Below are positions 30,292 through 38,998 of a stretch of 64,000 bases of DNA, one piece after another. The stretch lies in NCBI GenBank assembly GCA_016931915.1, contig JAFGDU010000046.1, positions 410-64,409 of the forward strand, read 5' to 3'. Below the pieces are notes generated by a model, which was not told the origin of the DNA, made no database searches, and saw nothing but the letters and a program-made list of their open reading frames with translations. Position 1 is the first letter of the stretch. Every line of letters starts with the position of its first letter. The DNA comes from Actinomycetota bacterium. Lineage in GTDB: Bacteria; Actinomycetota; Geothermincolia; Geothermincolales; RBG-13-55-18. A program made the translations under genes and the position numbers.

Positions 30292-31311
30292 ATGATAATA
30301 CACGAGACAAACAGAAACTGCCTGCTGGTAATCGCCGTTTCCCTGGCGGCTCTGGCCTTGCTGTACCCTGCAGCACCCGCGAATGCCGCAGGCGACAGGG
30401 ATTCCCTTGAGGCCGAGGCGGACCGCCTTACCTATGAAATCCTCGAGCTCAAAGCGCGCCAGCGCGCTGCTCAAAGCGAGCGTGATACCCTCTTAGCCGA
30501 GCTCGCGCCACTGGATATGGACATCGCTTGCGCTGAAAGCGAGGTGGAGGAGATAAGGTCGGAACTGGCGGAGTGCCGGGAAGCATACGATGAATCCCTG
30601 CGCACCATGTATAAACGTGGTGATGTCAGCGAGCTCGAGGTCTTGCTCGATGCAAGGGGTTTCGAGGAGATCTGGGAAGATAGAGCCTATTTTGAGCGCA
30701 TTCTCCAGTCCGAGGTGGACACCCTCGAGCGGCTGAAATCCAAGCTGGCACAGCTCGAGCTGCGAGAACGGGACCTCAGGGACAAGAAAGCAAAGAGCCA
30801 GCGCATATCCGAAGCACTCGACAGCGAGCTGACCCTGCAGAGGATAGGGGAGTTGGAGGCGAGGTTGAGCGACGTCAATGCAAGCCTGCGTGCGCTGAGC
30901 GGAGGCGGAGAATATGCCCAGCCCGCTCCCGATCCAGTTGAATGGAATGTTCCGGAGCCGGGAGAATTACTCCATCGTATTCCATCGCAGCCTCCATTCT
31001 CGGATTTCGAGCGTACGGGAATAGTCTATTCCGGGTATACAACGTCTTACGGAGCGGAATTCCACGGTTCGCCCACTGCCAGCGGGGTCGTCTTTAACAT
31101 GCACGATTTCACTTGCGCCCACCGCACCCTGCCCTTTGGCACCTGGCTTCTGGTCACATTCCAGGGCAGGCAGACGATAGTACAGGTCAACGACCGCGGC
31201 CCCTTTGTGCCAGGCCGGGTGCTTGATCTCTCCTTCGGTGCGGCACGGAGCATAGGCCTGGACGGGGTACAGTGGACGGAGTTCGAGATATTGATACCGA
31301 GGGGTGTTTGA
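30292..31311 (+). CDS. Secreted coiled-coil protein with C-terminal RlpA-like double-psi beta-barrel domain
   Basis: Signal/TM segment and ~200 aa of coiled coil. The C-terminal part reads YGAEFHGSPTASGVVF...CAHRTLPFGTWLLV...VQVNDRGPFVPGRVLDLS. Confidence 0.75.
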   Translation: MIIHETNRNCLLVIAVSLAALALLYPAAPANAAGDRDSLEAEADRLTYEILELKARQRAAQSERDTLLAELAPLDMDIACAESEVEEIRSELAECREAYDESLRTMYKRGDVSELEVLLDARGFEEIWEDRAYFERILQSEVDTLERLKSKLAQLELRERDLRDKKAKSQRISEALDSELTLQRIGELEARLSDVNASLRALSGGGEYAQPAPDPVEWNVPEPGELLHRIPSQPPFSDFERTGIVYSGYTTSYGAEFHGSPTASGVVFNMHDFTCAHRTLPFGTWLLVTFQGRQTIVQVNDRGPFVPGRVLDLSFGAARSIGLDGVQWTEFEILIPRGV

Positions 31312-31711
31312 GTATCGGCGACGCGGGGTGAGTATTACGGCTGCAGGTGGCGGGTCCCTTGTTGAGGGCAAGGAGTTCAAACGGTGGAACGAAGTGCGCT
31401 TCGCACACCGTAGCGAGCAGGAATTCGCCCGCTTGCTAGATTTCTACGACATCAAGTGGTTCTACGAACCGCTCAGCTTCGATATCGAGTGGGACAAAAA
31501 GGGTAACGCTGTCTCCAAGTTCACGCCCGATTTCTATCTTCCCGAGTACGACCTGTTCATAGAGATTACAACTTTGAACCAGAAACTGGTGACCAAGAAG
31601 AACCGCAAGATCAGGCGCTTGAAGGAACTCTACCCCGAGGTAAAATGCAAGATATTCTACCGCAAGGATTACCAGCATCTGCTCTTCAAATACAACATCA
31701 AGCTGGATTGA
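31304..31711 (+). CDS. Hypothetical protein, PD-(D/E)XK nuclease-like motif
   Basis: SEQEFARLLD...WFYEP...FTPDFYLPEYDLFIEIT resembles an E...PD...(D/E)xK core. GTG start overlaps the stop of the preceding gene. Confidence 0.4.
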   Translation: MFEYRRRGVSITAAGGGSLVEGKEFKRWNEVRFAHRSEQEFARLLDFYDIKWFYEPLSFDIEWDKKGNAVSKFTPDFYLPEYDLFIEITTLNQKLVTKKNRKIRRLKELYPEVKCKIFYRKDYQHLLFKYNIKLD

Positions 31712-31744
31712 TCCCGCAGCCCCGCCACTTCGATGCTTCGCCGC

Positions 31745-32446
31745 TCACGCCTCACGTTCAGGGCATGGATGCAGGATGAAAGTGCACCTTCGATCCGTTG
31801 CCTTCAGGCCGTATCCACCCGCAAGGCTCAGGTAGCCCTCCTCGAGGCAGCGGTGTATCTCGCATATCAGGCCGGGGTGGCTGCTTGAGAACCCGCCAAA
31901 GGGACAGGTGAGGAAGGTGGCCTCCATGCGCTCCTTTCCGCATTCTGCGATATCGGCCTTGTGGCCCCTCCGCTCGATCTCCTCCATCCAGGCTACGCTT
32001 ACGGACTCTAGACCTGCACCGTACGGCAGGTAAGCAAGGGGTGAGGAGCTGCTTACGGCTTCCTCCCGGCCGCACTTGAAAGCTTCCTGCCCTATGCGGG
32101 ATATGACCCCTTTCTCCGGGCCGGAGACGCCCCTCGCCAGGATCTGCGCTAGCAGCTTGTATTTACGTGGCGGAAGGTTGAATTCCCAATCCACTTCGCT
32201 TGCGCCGTAGAGATTCGCCGGCCGCCCGCCCCGCTCACCGCGACGGCGGATCACTTGCAGCAGCCCTCCCTTTACCAGCTTATCGAGGTGAAGCCTCGCT
32301 GCGTTAGCGTGCAAGCCAAAATATTCCGCCACTTCTCGCACCGATAGTGGGGAATCAGAGTAGGTGACATACTCCATTATCTCGCGCCGCGTAGGGTCCG
32401 CGAGGGCCGTAGACACCCTTGCTATATGCTCGCTGTAAGCCCTCAT
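31745..32446 (-). CDS. ArsR-type winged-helix regulator with Cys-rich C-terminal sensor domain
   Basis: LADPTRREIMEYV...LSVREVAEYFGLHANAARLHLDKLVKGGLL. The C-terminal part carries CPFG...ICEIHRC...CTFILHPC. Confidence 0.75.
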   Translation of the reverse strand: MRAYSEHIARVSTALADPTRREIMEYVTYSDSPLSVREVAEYFGLHANAARLHLDKLVKGGLLQVIRRRGERGGRPANLYGASEVDWEFNLPPRKYKLLAQILARGVSGPEKGVISRIGQEAFKCGREEAVSSSSPLAYLPYGAGLESVSVAWMEEIERRGHKADIAECGKERMEATFLTCPFGGFSSSHPGLICEIHRCLEEGYLSLAGGYGLKATDRRCTFILHPCPEREA

Positions 32447-32467
32447 GTCTATCCCGACTAATCCTAC

Positions 32468-32523
32468 TTGACTTACTTATTATAGCAAAGTATATTAATA
32501 CAGTAAATATATTATATACTGTA
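32468..32523 (+). promoter_or_regulatory. Promoter plus inverted-repeat operator in the arsR-like / Zn-ribbon divergent region
   Basis: TTGACT (32468-32473), 17 nt, TATATT (32491-32496). Immediately downstream is TACAGTA-N11-TACTGTA (32499-32523). Confidence 0.45.
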
Positions 32524-32535
32524 AAAGGAGGAGTG

Positions 32536-32832
32536 ATGGTACGGGTAAAATCTCGCTGCTGGAAATGCGGAGAAGTCGCCCTTTCCCTCGAAGATATTCT
32601 CCTGGTCGAACACGGGGACGGTGAGGGTACCTACTACAGCTTCATATGCTCCACCTGCGACATGGCGCAGGCATATCCGGCCGACAGCCGCTTCATCGAC
32701 TTCATGCGCATGAACGGTTGCGAGCCAATCATCCTGGTACCTCCCATTGACTGCAAGGAAGCCGGGGAGGATCCACCATTGACATGGGACGATCTTCTCG
32801 ACCTACATCTACAACTGCAGGAAGAGGCCTGA
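32536..32832 (+). CDS. Small zinc-ribbon hypothetical protein
   Basis: The ATG at 32536 follows AAAGGAGGAG. CWKCG...CSTCD is a four-Cys pattern. No family recognised. Confidence 0.5.
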   Translation: MVRVKSRCWKCGEVALSLEDILLVEHGDGEGTYYSFICSTCDMAQAYPADSRFIDFMRMNGCEPIILVPPIDCKEAGEDPPLTWDDLLDLHLQLQEEA

Positions 32833-32926
32833 GCTGGCTCATACGCGGAAGGTAAAAAAACCTGGCCTTGAACTGCGTTAGAGCTTAAACTACATAAATA
32901 TAAGCGTTGTAGAGGGAGGTGATAAC

Positions 32927-33133
32927 ATGGCTATCACAAAGGACATGACCATACAGGAAGTGGTCGAAAACAATCCGGAGACGATCAGGGTTTTCCTGGA
33001 GCACGGCCTCCATTGCATAGGGTGCGCCGTTGCCCGATTCGAGAATATCGAGCAGGGTGCCATGGCCCATGGCATAGATGTCGATACCCTCATAACAGAC
33101 CTGAATGCCAAGGCCGGAGATAATAACGCGTAA
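32927..33133 (+). CDS. DUF1858 / hybrid-cluster-protein-associated redox disulfide domain protein
   Basis: MTIQEVVENNPETIRVFLEHGLHCIGCAVARFENIEQGAMAHGID is characteristic of this family. RBS GGGAGGTGA lies upstream. Confidence 0.8.
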   Translation: MAITKDMTIQEVVENNPETIRVFLEHGLHCIGCAVARFENIEQGAMAHGIDVDTLITDLNAKAGDNNA

Positions 33134-33260
33134 CGGGACGACACGAGGTCCTCTACCATAGAAGCAAGGGAAGAGAACGGCTGCTTATCTGCGCATTCAT
33201 GCTTTTGCTTCAGTGATCTGGTTTCCCAGCCGAATATGGTAGAGGACTTTCTGTTACGCG
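33127..33260. repeat. Nested long inverted repeat (134 nt)
   Basis: Three nested arms: CGCGTAAC (33127-33134) / GTTACGCG (33253-33260). Then GTCCTCTACCATA (33148-33160) / TATGGTAGAGGAC (33235-33247), and inner GAAGCAA / TTGCTTC. Confidence 0.7.
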
Positions 33261-33343
33261 CGACAAAGGCTCGAGAGCGCGCCGCCTTCAAATAACAGCT
33301 CACCACAATATACGCACATGCAGCCCGCGCAAAGGTTGGAGGA

Positions 33344-33913
33344 ATGGAGGAGACAAGCATGCGTTCTCTCGACCGATCCATGTCAAGGTTTCTTGTTACG
33401 GGCGTTATCCTGCTCATCGTTTTCGCTATCGCCGCGAATTTCGTCATCATCGCCCAGGCACTTTTCTCTCCCCTCAACGTAGTCGAAGGGGATTCAATGA
33501 ACCCGGCCATCAAAGATGACGATGCCGTGATCATAACCGACGTCGACGCTGATCATCTGGAGATAGGGGACGTGGTCGCATTCGAGGACCCAGAGATCGG
33601 CGGGCAGATCATTATACATCGCATCGTCAGCATGGAGAACGAGGATTCGGGTCTGGTTATAGAGACCAAGGGCGATGCAAACGCCCACCCCGATCCTTAC
33701 CTGACGCCCGCGAACAGGTTAGCGGGCAAGGTGAGCGTTGTCCTGCCCCATGCGGGCCTCTTCCTGAACTATCTGCGCACCCCTTCAGGCTTCATCATCT
33801 GTGTTGTCTGCCCGGTCTTCCTGCTCCTTCTATACCTCGTCTCCCACTGGTACCTGGAGAAGGTGGAACCCGGCGAGGGCTTCTTCGCCCGGAATATAAT
33901 CTGCCTGCGCTGA
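33344..33913 (+). CDS. Signal peptidase I, SipW/archaeal type (S26B)
   Basis: VVEGDSMNPAI (catalytic Ser), IIIHRIV and ETKGDANAHPD, with N- and C-terminal TM helices. The start may be the ATG at 33359. Confidence 0.85.
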   Translation: MEETSMRSLDRSMSRFLVTGVILLIVFAIAANFVIIAQALFSPLNVVEGDSMNPAIKDDDAVIITDVDADHLEIGDVVAFEDPEIGGQIIIHRIVSMENEDSGLVIETKGDANAHPDPYLTPANRLAGKVSVVLPHAGLFLNYLRTPSGFIICVVCPVFLLLLYLVSHWYLEKVEPGEGFFARNIICLR

Positions 33914-34101
33914 TACCGTATGCACATAAGCATAGCTGAGACTACTCGTATTCCGGTCACCTTCGCACCTGAGCGGCGCAAATCGTGGTCGTGCCGGAGG
34001 CATGAAAGCATATAGGCCTTCGATCGGGAATATCTGCCCAATCCCAATAGTTGTTAAGTAGAAGACCGCCCGATGCCGAACTACAGAGCAGAGGTGAAGT
34101 A

Positions 34102-34860
34102 ATGTTTATACGGGTATGCGACGACGGCAACATCGAGAGCAGGGAGCTGACCCTGATCAGCCACAGGGGAGGCAAGGGCTTTGGCCAGGAGAACACGCTG
34201 CAGTCATTGCAGGGTGCCCTCGACTTCGGGGTGGAGATGATAGAGACCGACGTACGCATGTCCAGCGATAGCGTTCCCGTCATCCATCACGGACCATTCC
34301 TGGGCATCCATCTCCTGGGCCGCATGTCTCTGGAAGAGATACGGGATAAGGCTCCGGATATCCCCACCCTGCGGGAATATCTCGACCTGGCGGGCGACCG
34401 ATGCGCGATGAACCTCGAGGTGAAAAGGTGCAATCCCGGTATTCTTAGCACGGTCCTCGCCGATGCCAGACCTTCCTTTCCCATCCTGGTGAGCTCGTTC
34501 GACGAGGACTTCCTGGGCGCTTTTAGGGGCGAGGGCAGCAAGGTCGATCTGGGCTTGCTTGCCCAATACGAGCTTTCTATCGAACGCATACTGGCCCAGG
34601 CCGCTCGCTCTGGTGCCTGCACCATCCTCCCAGCCAGTTTCATCTTGAGCGAAGGCCTGGTGGCAGCGGCACATGAAGCCGGCATGAGCGTGATAACCTG
34701 GACGGTTAATTCGGCCGCCCTCTTACGCGAGACCCTTGCCGCCGGCGTGGATGGAGTAATAACCGACTCCTATCCCGAGCTTAAAGCCTTCCTGGAGAGC
34801 AAGCCGTTGGACTCATCCGAGATAGAGGCGGTTATGGATTGCGGCGGCGGCAGGTCATAA
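34102..34860 (+). CDS. Glycerophosphodiester phosphodiesterase family protein
   Basis: ISHRGG...ENTLQSL...EMIETDVRMSSDSVPVIHHG and ITWTVN. The ATG at 34102 follows GAGGTGA. Confidence 0.85.
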   Translation: MFIRVCDDGNIESRELTLISHRGGKGFGQENTLQSLQGALDFGVEMIETDVRMSSDSVPVIHHGPFLGIHLLGRMSLEEIRDKAPDIPTLREYLDLAGDRCAMNLEVKRCNPGILSTVLADARPSFPILVSSFDEDFLGAFRGEGSKVDLGLLAQYELSIERILAQAARSGACTILPASFILSEGLVAAAHEAGMSVITWTVNSAALLRETLAAGVDGVITDSYPELKAFLESKPLDSSEIEAVMDCGGGRS

Positions 34861-34876
34861 GGAGGAAATAAAAGAC

Positions 34877-35980
34877 ATGGACAGGGGAAGAATGGAAACG
34901 GATCGCAAGCCGGTGAGTATTTTCTCGCTCATCCTGCTGATCCTCATGGCCGTAGTGATACTTTTCCTGGTGCTGGTACAGAACGTGGACCGGTTTTCAG
35001 ACTTCTTCGGCAGCACCACCTTCAAGATCATATTCGACGTCGCCCTGGTTATGGGCTTGATCCTCTTCGTGGCTTATATCTTCACGCGTACCGCCGACTA
35101 CAACAAGAGGCTGGAGAGCATGGTTGACCGGTTGCAGAAATCGAATATGCTGCTTTCGGTACTGAACGAAATCCAGTCCAGCGCCAATGCCAACCTGGAT
35201 GCCCAGGGGCTTCTCGAAGCCTCCCTCGAGGCGGTCATGCCCCTTACCTCCTCGCTGGGAACCATCTACATCCTGGACGAGGATACGGGGCGCCTCGAGC
35301 CCCGTGCACGCTATGGCACCGATACGCCCCTGCAGGAACTGCCCGCCTTCGGGGTAGGGGAGGGGATAGTCGGCATGGTCGCCCAGTCGGGCGAGGCGAT
35401 CGAAGATAAGGGCGGCGAAGGAGCTTCACAACGGTCCGGCATGGTGCGCTATGCTCTGCCGGTCAAGGCAGGGAACAGGGTGATGGGGGTGATGGTGGCC
35501 GGGACCACCAAGGGCTCCTACACGGAGGAGGAGAAGACCCTGTTGCAAGCCGTATCAGAGGTCCTGGGCAACTCACTCACCAACGCCAAGCTCTATAACC
35601 TCACCAGGCGAGCGCTCGATACCACCAAGAAGACCCAGGGCTACCTGGAGAGTTTTATCAACGAGGCGCGCATGGGTGTTATGGTGCTCGATGAAAGAGG
35701 CGCGGTGATGATCGTCAACCAGGAGGCGGAGCGCTTTCTGGGAATCGAGCATAAAGACCTCATGGGGCACAGCGCCATTGAGATGCTGCGCAGCCTGGAT
35801 AGCAGGGGGCAACAACTGGCCCAGGGCTTCCAGGGTTGTTTCCGGGATAGACGGGGATTCCAGTATACACAGCCCGTATACGACGATCCCGCGACACAAA
35901 CCGTATTGGTCAATGTTTTCCCGCTGTTCAGGGAGAAAGGCGAGCTCATCGGTGCTGCAGCAACCATAAATAGGTCCTAA
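34877..35980 (+). CDS. Membrane-anchored GAF + PAS sensor protein without recognisable output domain
   Basis: Two TM helices, a GAF-like region (GEGIVGMVAQSGEAI) and a PAS-like region (GVMVLDERGAVMIVNQEAERFLG). The ORF ends with no kinase, GGDEF or HTH domain. Confidence 0.65.
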   Translation: MDRGRMETDRKPVSIFSLILLILMAVVILFLVLVQNVDRFSDFFGSTTFKIIFDVALVMGLILFVAYIFTRTADYNKRLESMVDRLQKSNMLLSVLNEIQSSANANLDAQGLLEASLEAVMPLTSSLGTIYILDEDTGRLEPRARYGTDTPLQELPAFGVGEGIVGMVAQSGEAIEDKGGEGASQRSGMVRYALPVKAGNRVMGVMVAGTTKGSYTEEEKTLLQAVSEVLGNSLTNAKLYNLTRRALDTTKKTQGYLESFINEARMGVMVLDERGAVMIVNQEAERFLGIEHKDLMGHSAIEMLRSLDSRGQQLAQGFQGCFRDRRGFQYTQPVYDDPATQTVLVNVFPLFREKGELIGAAATINRS

Positions 35981-36658
35981 GCCTGTCGCAGCATCTCATA
36001 CATGCTCCCAGTCCGCCATGAATCCCTTCCCTTCATATGGAGAGAAAGTGCTCATTACTCTGATGTCATGAGACAGCGTTTTTGGCTCCCTTGCAGCAAC
36101 TCATAAAGGAGGGCCAATTGGAAGCAGCTGACCTGAGGGGCCAGCTGCTTTCCGGGTGGGGCGTTGGACTTTAAAAGTCCTATACATATTGTCGGCTATA
36201 ATCCGTTTACTTGGTATCGACCTTTAGTATTAGAGAACCTGCTGTTTTACGAGAAAATGCCTATTTTGGTAGTATTGCTTAAGGCAAAACCTTTACTCGC
36301 GGTCAATATCTACCATGACCGCCTATGCGGTGCCGCCGGCCATGCGATCAGCGGGAGAAGCGCGCCTGAGGCCCTTGAGATTCGCGCATGACGATCATCC
36401 ACCCTTACCGTCAGGTACGGGTGGAAAGGGCCGGGCGGTATGGGTTATTATTTAATTTGTTCGCTCATAGCAGTACGGGCACAAAGGAACGCGAGCGTGA
36501 GTGGCGGGGTAGAGGGAACAGGGATCGCAGCTCACGAACCACACCTGCAGCAGCTTTTAGCTTCGCTGAAACCGCTCCTTAACGGCGGCGTCGATACCGC
36601 CAGTCAAGCATAGTAGGGTCTCGAAAGTCTGGTTCAGTCATCAAAGGGGAGGGAGAAG

Positions 36659-38380
36659 ATGGAAAAAAACTTCAAGTGCTGGCCGAAGGGAGTCTACAAA
36701 AACCTGTCCTACCCGGAGGTACCCATTCAACAGATGCTGCGCTCCGCAACCCTGCAGTGGCCATGGCGTAACGCCATTATCTTCGGGGGGATGGAGATAA
36801 CCTTCCAGGAGCTGGACACCCTGTCCGACCGTTTTGCGACCGCCCTGGCCGCCATGGGGGTGAAGAAAGGGGACCGGGTGGGCATCCATCTTCCTAACTG
36901 CCCGCAGTTCGCCATCGCTTATTACGGGTTGCTCAAGGCCGGGGCCATCTTCGTGCCCCTGAGCCCACTGCTGGCGGAGAGGGAGATAGATTTCCAGCTC
37001 AACGACGCCGGGGTGGAGACCTTCATCGGGCTGGACATGCTCTTCGGCGCGCCACAGCAGGTCATACCGAATACGCCGGTAAAGAGGACCGTCATCGTAA
37101 GCCTGGCGGACTGTTACCCGCCCCTGTCTGCGCCGGTGAAGATGCTGCAGAAGCAGCCGGTGCCCGAGGGGACCATAGATTTCGTTACCCTCGTCACAGA
37201 CTACCCGGCGGAGCCTCCTCAGCTGGAGTTCAACGCCAGGGAGGACCTGGCCCACATCGCCTATACCGGCGGCACGACCGGGACCCCGAAGGGGGTCATG
37301 GTCACCCACTTCAACGGCGTGGCGAACTGCTGCCAGTTCGCCTACTGGTTCGGGGGGGGAGACATCCTCTACGAGGAAGGGATGTTCAAGCTCAAGCGCA
37401 TGGAGGGCGACCGGGATGAGGACCACGCCATCGGGCAAGGGGCGGAGATCTCCCTTATCGTCGTGCCCTGGTTCCATGCCATGGGGGCCATCGGCTATCT
37501 ATCCATGCAGCTCCTGGGCGGAAACACCCTGGTGGTGTTCCCGCGTTTCGACCCCACCGAGTACCTGCAGGCGATCAACAAGTATCGCGCAACGGTATTC
37601 GGGGGCGCCCCGCAGCTCTTCATACCCCTGGTGGAGAACCCGCTCTTCGAGGAGATCGACATGTCGGATATCCGCATGGTCGCCTCCGGGGCGGCCCCCA
37701 TACCCCACCATCTCCTAGAGACCCTGACGGATAAGATACCAGGGGTGATCTGCGAGGCCTACGGCCTCTCGGAGTGCACCATGGGGTGCTGCGCCAATCC
37801 TCCCACCCGCGAGGGATTCCGCCTCGGCTCCGTCGGCCTGCCCATGCAGGACACGGAGATAAAGATAATGGAGGCCGAGGAGGGGAAGGAGGAGATGCCG
37901 GTAGGGGAGATAGGGGAGATCTGCATCAAGGGCCCCCAGGTCATGCAGGGCTACTGGAACAAGCCCGAGGAGACGGCACAGGTGCTCAAGGACGGCTGGC
38001 TCTACACCGGCGATATCGGTAAATACGACGAGGACGGATATATCTACATCGTCGACCGCAAGAAGGACATGCTCATCTACAAGGGCTACAACGTCTATCC
38101 CCGCGATCTCGAGGACGTCATCAACGAACACCCCATGGTCGCCCAGTCCGCGGTGGTGGGTAAGTACGACGAGAACAAGGGCGATATCCCCATCGCCTTC
38201 GTCGAGTTGGTCCCGGGGGGCAGCGTCTCCGAGGAGGAACTGCTGGAATACACGAACGGCAAGCTTGCCGCCTATAAAAAGATAAGGCTGATCAGGATAG
38301 TCGAGGCCCTGCCGGCCAGTGGAGCCGGAAAGATCCTGCGGCGTGAGCTGCGTGACCAGGCCCAGGATTTCGAGGTTTGA
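36659..38380 (+). CDS. AMP-forming acyl-CoA ligase (long/medium-chain fatty acid-CoA ligase family)
   Basis: AMP-binding motif IAYTGGTTGTPKGVMVTH, plus YGLSECT, WLYTGDIG and a C-terminal GKILRRELR. Confidence 0.9.
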   Translation: MEKNFKCWPKGVYKNLSYPEVPIQQMLRSATLQWPWRNAIIFGGMEITFQELDTLSDRFATALAAMGVKKGDRVGIHLPNCPQFAIAYYGLLKAGAIFVPLSPLLAEREIDFQLNDAGVETFIGLDMLFGAPQQVIPNTPVKRTVIVSLADCYPPLSAPVKMLQKQPVPEGTIDFVTLVTDYPAEPPQLEFNAREDLAHIAYTGGTTGTPKGVMVTHFNGVANCCQFAYWFGGGDILYEEGMFKLKRMEGDRDEDHAIGQGAEISLIVVPWFHAMGAIGYLSMQLLGGNTLVVFPRFDPTEYLQAINKYRATVFGGAPQLFIPLVENPLFEEIDMSDIRMVASGAAPIPHHLLETLTDKIPGVICEAYGLSECTMGCCANPPTREGFRLGSVGLPMQDTEIKIMEAEEGKEEMPVGEIGEICIKGPQVMQGYWNKPEETAQVLKDGWLYTGDIGKYDEDGYIYIVDRKKDMLIYKGYNVYPRDLEDVINEHPMVAQSAVVGKYDENKGDIPIAFVELVPGGSVSEEELLEYTNGKLAAYKKIRLIRIVEALPASGAGKILRRELRDQAQDFEV

Positions 38381-38406
38381 GCGGCAACAACAGGGGTGAG
38401 TATTGG

Positions 38407-38431
38407 GGGCCCGATTTATTCGGGCCCTTTT
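38407..38431 (+). terminator. Intrinsic terminator after the acyl-CoA ligase
   Basis: GGGCCCG-atttatt-CGGGCCC followed by TTTT. Confidence 0.75.
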
Positions 38432-38998
38432 CGCTTGGCCTCACGAAGGGTGGGTGTAAGAGGTGGGGGACATGACGGGTTTACGGAAAAGCGATATGAG
38501 AAGATATCTACTTTACATAAGATATATTATCGGCGGTACTGATGCGTAGCGGCCTCCCAGGACTATATATGAACGCCCCGGCATCTATCCGACATGAGAT
38601 CACTTCCCCCGCTTACGCTGCCCCTGGAGGTCCCGTCAGAACTGACAAGACCTCTTCCGCATCGGGTTGACCCTACCGCTTGCTGATCCAAGCGCCGCTA
38701 CTACTTTCATACGTCTTTTTACCTGACGAGGCTGTCGCTCCGTCCCTCGCCCCTAAGAGCCAGGCTGGCAGACAGATCCGACATGATCTGGCATGATATA
38801 CGAAATCCTTGATGCGCCACATAAAACCCCTATATATGCCGGCAAGATAGCCCCCAAAGTTACAACATACATACAGTGTAATAATGTATATTATGGCACC
38901 GGTTACAATTTTTCTTACTCAAAGGTAACCTGTATACTCGTTCTTGGAGATTCAGGACGCCAGGGGTTGCCATTATCTATTGTAAAGGGGGATATGAT

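Noticed and set aside
36122-36150. GGAAGCAGC...hairpin reminiscent of the SRP RNA helix 8 region.
   Set aside because: It is only a simple 9-bp hairpin and the surrounding SRP RNA conserved sequence is absent. It is more likely a weak terminator or structural hairpin.
38472-38549. 25-aa ORF MTGLRKSDMRRYLLYIRYIIGGTDA with a good RBS (GAGGTGGGGG).
   Set aside because: It uses rare AT-rich codons for this genome, has no partner modification enzymes nearby, and there is no evidence of conservation. It is probably fortuitous.
38894-38909. Sigma-54 promoter TGGCAC-N5-TTGC upstream of the V4R-like gene (TGGCACCGGTTACAAT).
   Set aside because: The -12 element is TTAC shifted by 2 nt relative to the consensus spacing, and no sigma-54 activator is in the window.
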